64,000 nt of DNA from Trichoplax sp. H2 (Eukaryota): contig NOWV01000276.1 of the NCBI GenBank assembly GCA_003344405.1, positions 1 through 64,000 on the forward strand. The letters are read 5' to 3'. Both the position numbers and the translations under genes were made by a program. This document shows, in pieces, positions 53,143 to 64,000 of the stretch. Each line of letters begins with the position of its first letter. Position 1 is the stretch's first letter. The notes below the pieces were generated by a model. The model was not told the DNA's origin, searched no databases, and was given only the letters and a program-made list of their open reading frames with translations.

Positions 53143-55891
53143 GGCGGTAATTTATAGTCGATACGCTATCTGATTTTGACAGCTTTCTTCAGCTTTCCTA
53201 TATATGTATATCATAAATAAAATGCAGAAATCGTTTATTATTAATGTAATAATATCTAGAGGTTGCTTAGTAAAGACTGAACAGCGATATTTGCAACTGA
53301 AAAATCTGTGCTACTGTAGAAAAAATTTGAAACTTTTATGCGCAATCACTTGAAGCTCCAACATTAACTCAAATTCGAAATATTCTGCAACTACGACCAA
53401 TGCAGTACCCGTAGCACTCTTTCTTAAAAATAATGCAAGCTTAGCAAAATCTAAAGTAATCATAACCATTACAGGTATATTGAATCTTAGGAAACAATGC
53501 AAAGACTGTCAGGACTAGAAACACCTTATTTACTACATTAATACTTCGTATAAATATTAAGTTTGATCTACTATTTGATTCAATAATTTTCTCAAATAAA
53601 CTGCAGACAGTTTATTTATTAATTGATACTGTGGCAATTCCTAAAGATAGAGTAAAAATGTTAAATTTCCTGCACTAGAAACTAATACTCCTCTTCGATA
53701 ATATCTAATATATACAGTAAAACAAACTTTAATGCTTACGTAAGCATAAATATAACGTAGAAATCAAATATTTTATGAGCTACATTAAAATGATAGTGAA
53801 AATCTACTGCTATAACAAAATATCCGTAAAAATTAATTCATGCATCAAAAATTGCTGGCCGATTTTCTGATATTATTAGGTTTACAAAAAGTCGTCTGGG
53901 TTGACAGAGTAGAATTAAATAATTGTATTACCTAAGGCAGTCCCATCGAATTGGTAACGTTTTCTTATTATAATATACCGTAGACATTAAAGAAATATTT
54001 AAAGTTGATTTAACTCAGAAATATACCTTAATTTTTTGTACGATGATAACAATATAACTTAGCCCCTTCTACTAAATTGGTGAGAGATCTGGCGAAAAGG
54101 TTTTCTCTGATCTAATTTTGTACTAGGCCTAACTAAGTCATATAATAAAATTCCACGAAATAAAATATAGTAATAAAGCAGAATTAATGAGATTAAGCTT
54201 CATAAGTATGTACAATGTTAGTATGTGATCGAAAATTATCTTTCACGATAAATATAATCTAGCATAAGATTGAGATTAGAAAAGAAATATCATACAGCAT
54301 CATTATTAGATTGCAAAGGTTGTTAAAAGATAAGTCATAAAGCTGAAGATTGACTTTTAGAATTCTCTTTTTTTAAACTTTTTAATGATTTAATTACCTT
54401 TGATATCAACTGCTAAAAAGATATTGTTTTCTTACGGCTAGTAAAAGCCGTTCAGGTAGAGGGTGAGATAGACATATAATTATATATTGGCAAATCGTCA
54501 CTGTTTATAATCGAAAGGATCTGTAAAGTTTAACTATAACAGATAGCATAACTATGATGAATAAGGTCTGAAAGTAATAAGAATATATAATTCAATAATT
54601 TAATCTGCCACATTAAATGGTAATAATGGTAATGATGTACATGTTTGTAGAGTAGTATTATTTTCCAAGCTACTTAAAACAATGATAGGAGATATACTTT
54701 TTTCGATATTAAATTAACCTATAAGCTATCAATGTGTCATAGTCTAAAGAATTTCGGCCAATGTGAAAAAGTTCATATTATTTTCAATTTACGTATTGAT
54801 CATGTGATTTCAACATGATCTAAAAAGATCAGCAAGACCAGAGGACAATTAAATCTCCTTCAATGCTGTCCATAAATTTTCTTGACCTCTTTACAGCTTA
54901 TTGCCGGATTTTACGTACTAGTAATAGAAATAAACTAAGAATTATTTCTTAATATTTCATCAATCAAATCGCGGAAAGAATATGGCAAAATCAACGATCG
55001 TGTCCTTAAATTAGAAATGATTTGCACAATTATAAATCTTGGAATCCAGTATAATCTATCAATCTATTAAGATTTTAGAATTTGTACTTTACAGCTAACC
55101 CAGTCAGACTATTGAAATATCATGGTCTAAGTAATGATGTGAAAATATCGAGTCGAATCATTTTCTACTCATGATATAATTGCATGATTTACCATGATTA
55201 ACCCTTTGATAGTACCCACCCTATCTCTTTTAAAGCTTTTAGCAAGCTTTTGTGTACGAATCATAATTTTAAAAGCTAAAATCTCCTTATCGGATCCGTT
55301 AAGCGAGCATTAGAGATAGAATGAAATGCTTTCTATTTAACTTTCATTAACTGCCTATCGTAAATCTAACCTTGGAAGATTATAAACATTTAATAAAATA
55401 TTTGCTATACTATTCTTACTTTGATCTGCGCATAGAATACTTTCTAGAGGAAATTTGTAATTTTATTTAGATTATTAACAAATCTTGCTCGGCCACACAC
55501 CGTTTCATAAAACTTAGCAGCTAACTTTACTACTTTCTGAAGGCTGATCAAAATGCAAATGATTATATTGAATAACATAGCAGAAATTGCTACTTTACAT
55601 ATGGATTATTGATTAATCGCTATTTTCTCCTAGTTTCACCACTCGATTTTAATACTTAATGCTTAAAGTTTGCAGTTACAAAAGCTGACATTTCTAAAAA
55701 TTTAATCACAATTGACATGCAATCATGCTGTCGTGTTGGGCTTCAAGCATTTACTACTGTTAATCCAAGATCTCGAAAGTCGGCGGTGTCAGCTTTAAGT
55801 CCTGGAAATACCACTACATTAAAACTAATGAATCCGTGCACAATGCTTTACTTACATTTTATAACCATTACTTTGTTACAGTCTTTGATGT

Positions 55892-56003
55892 TGTCACAAA
55901 ACAGCTTTGCAACAAGATAACGTAATCTACGATCAATAAGTCAATTCCTTGAACTACGTATCAAGGAATGATATCTGCACTATCACGAGCACTTTTGCTC
56001 TAC
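55892..56003 (-). mobile_element. Solo-LTR-like element, family 1, copy 5 (left end only, cut by gap)
   Basis: tgtcacaaaacagctttgcaacaagataacg after GATGT; empty site GATGT at 56280-56284. Confidence 0.85.
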
Positions 56004-57440
56004 NNNNNNNNNNNNNNNNNNNNTAGTTTCACCACTCGATTTTAATACTTAATGCTTAAAGTTTGCAGTTACAAAAGCTGACATTTCTAAAAATTTAATC
56101 ACAATTGACATGCAATCATGCTGTCGTGTTGGGCTTCAAGCATTTACTACTGTTAATCCAAGATCTCGAAAGTCGGCGGTGTCAGCTTTAAGTCCTGGAA
56201 ATACCACTATATTAAAACTAATGAATCCGTGCACAATGCTTTACTTACATTTTGTAACCATTACTTTGTTACAGTCTTTGATGTTGATAGCAGATATTCT
56301 TAAATTAGAAACTAAATCCGCACATAGATGCTGCACCGTAAGTTAGTAATCATAACTACGCGCATGTTGTTCTTCTAGTTGATATCGGGTATCTGTAATT
56401 CTGAGACCGTTATCCTTCGGATCAAGTAAAAATCCATAAATTTAAAGCTTTTTGCTAGCTTTTAATGATAATCGTAGATTATAGTACATAAGTCATAATA
56501 GTATGATTTATTCCTAAGAGCCAGAACATTTCCTGTGCTATATCGACTTATTTTATAACTCTTAAGATTTCATATTGGAACAGATTCCATCAAGGAATTC
56601 ATACAGTACTGTACCTTTAGTCCATCATCAGATTCCAAAAAGATGTACAATTCGCTGGCATTTTCATAGCTTGAGCTACATATTATACGCGATAGCGTTT
56701 CTCGCTCTTGTCATTTATGGCATAGATTTGCAAGAAACTCTGGTGGAAGTATAATAATTCGGTATACTAGTATTTTCAGTCGCTAATAAGTGAGCGATGC
56801 ATGAGAACTCAATTTCTCGGCTGTAATCCACAGATAATTTTTCTCGCACTACGATTCCTGTACACTTCTTAAATTAAGCAATTGCAACTTTTATTTTATA
56901 ATACACGTAATTAAATAGAATCCTGAAGTGAATTCCGACCATATGCAGTTCAATTAATTATAAGAGCTTAGCACACCTTTCAATTTACAGTAAATTAACC
57001 GGCGATAGTTTGCATTTTATATCACAAATCTACTAGCGTAGTATTAACTATAAGCCCTGCAAAACGATACATCAAACATAGTGTATAATCTTATCTGGAC
57101 CATTCAATAAGTATGCATCATTAACTAATCAGTAAATAGAATCAGTTGATTAGTAACATACTACCATGACAACATCATTGTTGAAAAAAGAATTTACGGT
57201 TTTTATAACCCTGATAGCCTTAATCAAAACTGGTTTGTAGTCTTTCTCTAAGTCATGCTTCACCCAATATCAGCAACAGTCTAAGACCACAGTCAGCTGT
57301 TAAAACTGTTGTTTCCAAAAACATGTCAAATAATTAATCTAAACTAATTTCAGCTGTAAAATTTCAACCAATACTTCTGTAATTAAAATATTTCGATATT
57401 TCAAATTGTAGTCTACCAATTGCAACCTTCAGTTATAAAT

Positions 57441-58435
57441 TTACTCTTGTGGTAGACTATTATGGGCATCACTCATTAAAAATCTATAAATCTCTTTGAA
57501 AACCCTTATATGACAAGCAGGATAAGTTATTGAATAAGCTATAGGATAAGAAAACGCCAAATATCTACAAAAACTTTTTATTGCCAACGTACGAGTATTT
57601 CTCGTAGGATAGCTGAATGTTACCAATATCATCATTATGTATGGTAACCAAAGCAAAATGTAATTGCTGATAGCCAAGCCAGGACGTCTGAAAAGAGCTC
57701 TTAAGGTAATCCTTAGTAATGTATTCCAAATACTATCTCTTCCATATAAGTTCACGCAACCAAGACCAGAATGACGAAGATATTCAGCAAGCCGATAAGA
57801 TACCAAAATTATCAGAGAGCAAATGAATGATACAATGATAGAAAGATCAGTCAAAATTGGGTGATTTAACTGAATGAAGAAGCACTGTTCTAGTACTGAA
57901 GTACTCATGTTCAATATTGGAAAGTATGTACTACAGCTAATTAACCAAATAGTAAATAAGGTAAAGGCTACCCGCTTTTTAGCAACAATATCTTGTCAGC
58001 CTATTGGATGATCTCGGTAAAAGTAAGTAATAATCCATTGTAAAAGTAGAGTAAGATGAATGGACATAATGAGACCATTACCAGTTAGATGAATAATCTT
58101 GCAAGTTGCAGCATCAAAACTTATCCAAGAAATACCAAAAAAAAATAAGGCAACAAATACAGGAGAGCGAACAATGTACCGGATATAAATATGCTCAGTG
58201 AACACGCAGTTATAGGATCTCTTGAAGCATGCCACCTTTCGTATGTGTATTGCATCAACACATTGGCATTGACTAATAGAATTATCATAGCTATGATAGC
58301 ATAAGCGATGCTATTTTGTACTATAAAGGGATCTACGCTAGCATTTAAGTATAATTGGTATGTGAAATCAGAAGTAAATTTAGAAGAAAGTGTCAGGCTG
58401 TCATTCTCGGTCTGTTTCAAGAAAGAAGCCACCAT
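57441..58435 (-). pseudogene. GPCR pseudogene of the same subfamily
   Basis: SGTLFALLYLLPY, TCKII...HLTL, LWLPY and RYLAFSYP are recognisable. Frameshift at the A9 run 58137-58145, in-frame TGA at 57998-57996, DRY region disrupted (MDYY in another frame), NPxxY degenerate. Confidence 0.8.
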
Positions 58436-61400
58436 GATTATTTTCATTTTTCTTTGGAATAAGAGCATAATGTTAATTAAACTGTTTCCGAAAGTATATG
58501 ATAAAATAGGAGAATAGGCTATTGGCAAACAATCACTTATTTGGCAAAGCTGAGGTCAGAATTAATTCTACTACGCGCGAAATTCATCAATACTATAATA
58601 ACCATTACAGAAGTTAAAGAAAAATTAAAGCCAATCTAAGTTTGCCAGGATGAAAGCAAATACTCAAAAGGTTTGATAATATACTTGTTCAATTGCAACT
58701 GTAGCAAAATAAATTACACTTTCTTTCTGTTTTCATAACCATTTCATCTCTAAAATCAAGACTTAGAATCAAATATTATTTTGGCTATCTGTTTTGATTA
58801 AATCGACGGTAAAAATTTCACAATTTTCGTAGTGCTGTAATATTTTAAACATTAATCTGAAAAGCATGATACCTCGTACGTATAAGCAGAACTCATGAAC
58901 CTATATTTTGATTTTGTCATGATTTTGTAGATTGCTTGCTTATAAGGGTAACAACATATTTATAATTTAACTAAAATGCTAATATCTCGTTTGATTACAT
59001 CGAGATGAGAATCTGAAAATAGCGATTATTACCTGCAAATCCATTACTTTATCAAATTAGCAGCGCTGTTCGTAGATAGGTTAGCTTATCATAGATTTTG
59101 ATTATAATTTTTGAGCAGTATCAAGTTGAATTCAACAGCCTTCGAATAAAGTTAACCGTTGCTTGCAAACATTCGATTGAGAATCATGAATTACTTCAAA
59201 ATTCAACGCCGCTACCTGGTATATTCAATACTATCTAGTAATTATTACAAGTTTCCATCGACACCTCTGATTTTAACTATTTCTTCATATTTACATATTT
59301 ACCGTGACTATCGATTAATAAGATTACCATATTACCAATTTAAAAGAAAATAAAAACCCCTAATCGCGAATATATACCAGTCAGTTGTGTAAATTCAAAA
59401 TTTCAAATCGAAAAATTAAGTCATTTACAAATTTTGTGTTTTCAATGTATGATATTACCTTATCACGTAAGATAATTAAATGGCCTATTTAGTTCAAATT
59501 TAAGAATTAAATCATGTTGCACCGCAAATTCTTAGACAAGATGCTTCCTGCTGATTTTGATGCTTATAAAGAAGGAATAATAATTCAATAACCAATATGA
59601 TGTACGTTTTGAGTAAATCAAAATACACATTCCAAATAAGAATTTGATATCGAAAATCTAATCTCAATAGGAATCTATAAGCAAATATAAGATTTTACGG
59701 CTAAATATCTCTATCTAAAATTCAAAGAGGGATTAATAAAGATGTATATATATACCTCTAACAAAAAATGATGTTAGCACTATAATATCAAATTGCAAGA
59801 TTCATGCAACTTCATTATAATGACCATGATATCAGTTTCTACTTATGTTTTGGCTGCTAATAATTAATATAATACTTAAATTGTAATAAGACGAGTTACT
59901 CATATATCAGATATATTATCCAGTTTTATAATTGCGTAAGTGAAAAAAATCAGTCACAGACGAAGATACCCACATGTCTGCTACAACAGCTAATAAATTT
60001 ATCCTGCTATATTGGCGTCAATAAAGAATAATTTAAAATTATAATAAAGCATTTACTATTACTAGAACTTTAAAACATTAAAGTCAATGAAATAAATTAA
60101 GATCATATTGGATTGTAGCTGCTATCGAAATAATTTATTAAGCTTTTAGGCTTCAATAAATTGCTTTAGATTCAATATCCTATTATAATAGGAAGTCAAG
60201 CCTAGGATAAAACATATCTATTAAAAATTTAAATGGCAGATTTCAGACGGCATGTATCCTCTTATTTAAATTGAGAGTATCTATTAGCAATCTGACATCA
60301 GATATAAAAATTTGCCTGATTGGCCATCTGATATCGTTATTTGCCATCTGCAATCTATTTTTAAAATATTTATTCTAACCGTATTGTACTTAAGTATGCA
60401 GTTAGAAATTTTATTGTTGTAAGCTTGATTCAGTGTGAACATTCTCTCAGCGTAATTTATCATGGAATTGCGAATAAACTTTATTAAAAAATTAAATACC
60501 GTAAACAAACACTTTTATAACCAGATATTCTGAAATCTTTTCCAAATATAAAGTTTGTGATGCAGTACTGTATCAAATAATTCATATATTTTCCACATGT
60601 TAAGCCGGATAATTATAATTATACATAACACAGTTATTATGATCTATTGGAATTTTGGTACAATCTATAGGAGAAATTTTTCCACGGTATTACCATTCAT
60701 TTGTGGATCATTTAAGCAATGAACTGCTATGTACAGTGTGTTCAATTAGCTTTGCTACCTGATAATAAATGAATAATTCGTCAGTCTATGATATATGGCA
60801 GCTTTTCTATTTTCTATTTTAATGAATAAACAACCTTTCCAGATGATGACTCGCCCTCGTCCATTTTAATTAATTACTCTAGCAACCTTATAAATTTGAC
60901 TAAATAGAACTATAAAGGACCCTAGTTTCGCACTATTTACAAGAAAGAAATAAAAAATTTCATGACAGCAGTAAATTAAAACAAATTCCAGCTTACATTG
61001 CAAGCATTACTAAATAAGTACCTACTACTCCCATTTTAGTCTAAATTTTACGATCCTTTCTTCATAGAATAATAATTTACTTGCCACAAATTCTTGTATT
61101 TATCATTATGTAATCAATATAGTACTGCATAATTTTTCATGGCATAATTGTGCAACTAGTGACATATTATGATGCAGCATAAATGAAATTACGAGACGTG
61201 ATCATAAAGAACTTTTCCATTTTAAAAATCTAAGACAAAGGCTTTACTGTCTTAATAGTTTTGAACGTCTCTTTTATATAGCAACAGAATTCAAAATAAT
61301 ATTTTATGCCATCTTGTTTCCTCTATAATGGTGTAGCGTTACCAATGGGAATTAATTTTAATTTTTGACGTTGAAAGCTAAAGATATGCAACCCTTAGCC

Positions 61401-61558
61401 ATTATTAGCTTGCGATTATGTATGAGGATTGCTAGCAACAGGAAAATATCGAGCATTACATCAATGATTGATTATACGATTCTTCAAGGAAATCTGCTTG
61501 CAAAAATGTTGATAATGTTTAGTTTCATTTCGCTGATTATTTCAAGTCAAACGCTAAG

Positions 61559-62363
61559 AATCCTAACTACAGCAACGCCATTCCAATGTACAATTTTTCT
61601 ATGAAATATCTTCCAACAGAAAATTTAATTAGGCATAACGTTTTTTTTGTTTCTATTAAGTAACATACTAATCTGTGAGTCAGAACAGATAGCTAAGGTA
61701 GAGATAGCTGTACCTATATTCGTTCAAAATTAACAGTAGATACTTTATATTTTGTCAACTATAATAAATAAATACTAGATAAACAAAATATCTAGTGTCT
61801 TGATTAGCCATATAAAACGTGGTCTTTTACCTTTCCCGCTTGTAATGAATAATACGGTGTGAGATTCATAACTGAAATAGAAATTATATTTCAAAGTACA
61901 GATGAGTGAAAGGAAATAAANNNNNNNNNNNNNNNNNNNNAATCCTAACTACAGCAACGCCATTCCAATGTACAGTTTTTCTATGAAATATTTTCCAACA
62001 GAAAATTTAATTAGGCATAACGTTTTTTTATTTCTATTAAGTAACATACTAATCTGTGAGTCAGAACAGATAGCTAAGGTAGAGATAGCTGTACCTATAT
62101 TCGTTTAAAATTAACAATAGATACTTTATATTTTGTCAACTATAATAAAGAGCTAAAATTTCTGACCCTTTTGCTTTGTATAGATAGGACATTTATCAGC
62201 GTTCTATAATTAAATACTAGATAAACAAAATATCTAGTGTCTTGATTAGCCATATAAAACGTGGTCTTTTACCTTTCTCGCTTGTAATGAATAAATACGG
62301 TGTGAGATTCATAACTGAAATAGAAATTATATTTCAAAGTACAGATGAGTGAAAGGAAATAAA
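61559..62363. repeat. Near-identical duplication across an N gap (probably two alleles), differing by a 61-bp indel
   Basis: 61559-61920 repeats at 61941-62363, with extra sequence 62150-62210 in the second copy. Confidence 0.8.
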
Positions 62364-64000
62364 TTTTTTATAATTATAATTTATTCGCTAATCTCTTTCG
62401 AGTATAAAGTTTCGGAATCACAAGTAGTATTTATTAATCGAGAGAATTTGAAAATTTATCATAAAAATTGTTATCAGTGTAGTATGGCACTACTTGACTA
62501 TATTATAACATGACTAGTAGGGAGGTTTGAGACGAATTTTTCAATGTTACAGAAATCAATTGTTTGAGTAAGTTTCTTAGTTTACGGTAAATATTAGCGA
62601 ACGTATTCAATTTTTTGAACTATTACTTTTGAAGTCTTTTTAGACAATGATTTCTAACTATTCCTTATCTATTTATAGCTTGAAATAATCAATCATCAAA
62701 ATGAATAACGGAAATCACTTTTATACGTGCATTTTTTCACTTGATATTTATAAATTAAAATAAAAGACCCTATGTACTGCTACGGTTAATAGTCTAATAA
62801 ATTTAATTCTAGTAATCTCGTGGCTTATATATGACGTATGACCCTATAGGCCAAAAATACCATTTCTACGCTAAAGCATTACTCCCAAAATTTCTCAGCG
62901 CATACGCTATGTATTAGAATTATGATACTATAATGAGACAATTGTAAACATTTTCTCGTAAATTCAAAATTTTCATTAGCTAGCATTGTTTCATAAATCT
63001 TGTCTATTCCTGCGATTAGAACTATCTAACAAATACATCTTACATTGACCACAACGGACTCTATCTATTGTAAAGGCTGTTCCTAAACATGAAATCCTGG
63101 GTTACATAACTGCATCCTCATAGCATAGCTAGAAATCGACCCATTGTTTAAAATTTAACTGTAAATCGATTAAGAATACAAGTATAGTGCTGATATTTAA
63201 CTAATAATAACTTTCAGAGGGGAACTGTAATCTAATCTTCTGTGATACTACTAATTAATACTACGTTACTGATGCTATTGCAACCAAATAAATCTTAATT
63301 GTTCTACGATTTATTTATAATACTGCCCATCAAAATTTAGTTTGGAAGTATTTAAAATGTATTTTAGAAATACAGACAACAATGGTTCGTGCATTATATC
63401 TATTTACGACAATTAATAGCAAAATCATTTACTACTAGCAACTTAATCTTTAAATTATCGCTCAAATTTAAATATAAATTGCTTGATATTATTCGCACTA
63501 TTCGTAGTTCATTTCGTTCCAATATTTTACAGCACTTGGATTATCATTGACATTTAGGTTTAATTCGAGGTATTTCTTGAAACCTTACCTAAAAAATGTT
63601 TCGTTTTATGAAAAATTTACGAAAGTTCTGATTTATAAAATAATTTTACTCTACTGAAATAGAATTTGAATTATATAGCACAAAATGGAGGTATATCAAA
63701 TATATTGCCTGCCTACTCATAACAAAGCAGAATATTCATTATCAATAATTTTTTGCCAATAGCCCTAGTAAAAACTTTCGATCATTATATAAGTAAAAAC
63801 TATAAGTATTAAATCACTTTACAAAATTCATGTGACCGACATTAAAGCTAAACCCTTCCTATATATTGTTTACAATTTATTGTAACGTGATAGAATAATT
63901 TTCTTTCATTTAAAAGGAGCAAAGTTCAGAATATATAAGAATGAGAATTCCGAAAATGGTAATACAACGAATATTCTTTTCTAAATCGATCTAGAATTTA

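Noticed and set aside
55717..56346. Two similar ORFs (MQSCCRVG...) as duplicated genes
   Set aside because: Allelic duplicates across an N gap with no evidence of coding function.
57996..57998. In-frame TGA as selenocysteine or readthrough
   Set aside because: The same gene carries a frameshift and degenerate motifs; pseudogenisation is simpler.

Overview
AT-rich eukaryotic (animal) genomic DNA with short GT-AG introns. The compact genes, ACAGT/TACAG pentamer clusters at promoters and divergent intronless rhodopsin-type GPCRs suggest a placozoan (Trichoplax-like) genome; this is inference, not proven. The left 17 kb is gene-dense: a 142/163-bp tandem repeat, RPL9 (+), two tandem CCDC134-like paralogues (-) and an acylglycerol kinase AGK (+) sharing a divergent promoter with the second CCDC134. 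The remaining 47 kb is gene-poor. It holds two intact class A GPCR genes, one GPCR pseudogene and at least six TG...CA elements (~630 and 442 bp) that look like solo LTRs, five with visible 5-bp target-site duplications (the sixth is cut by a gap). Five 20-N gaps are flanked by duplicated allelic sequence, and at three loci both the filled and the empty insertion site are visible. Most notable: the polymorphic LTR-like family with a structurally conserved terminal hairpin, an AGK whose GGDG motif reads GGSG, a duplicated CCDC134, and GPCRs lacking the canonical sodium-pocket residues. All exon calls were translated by eye; no database searches were run.
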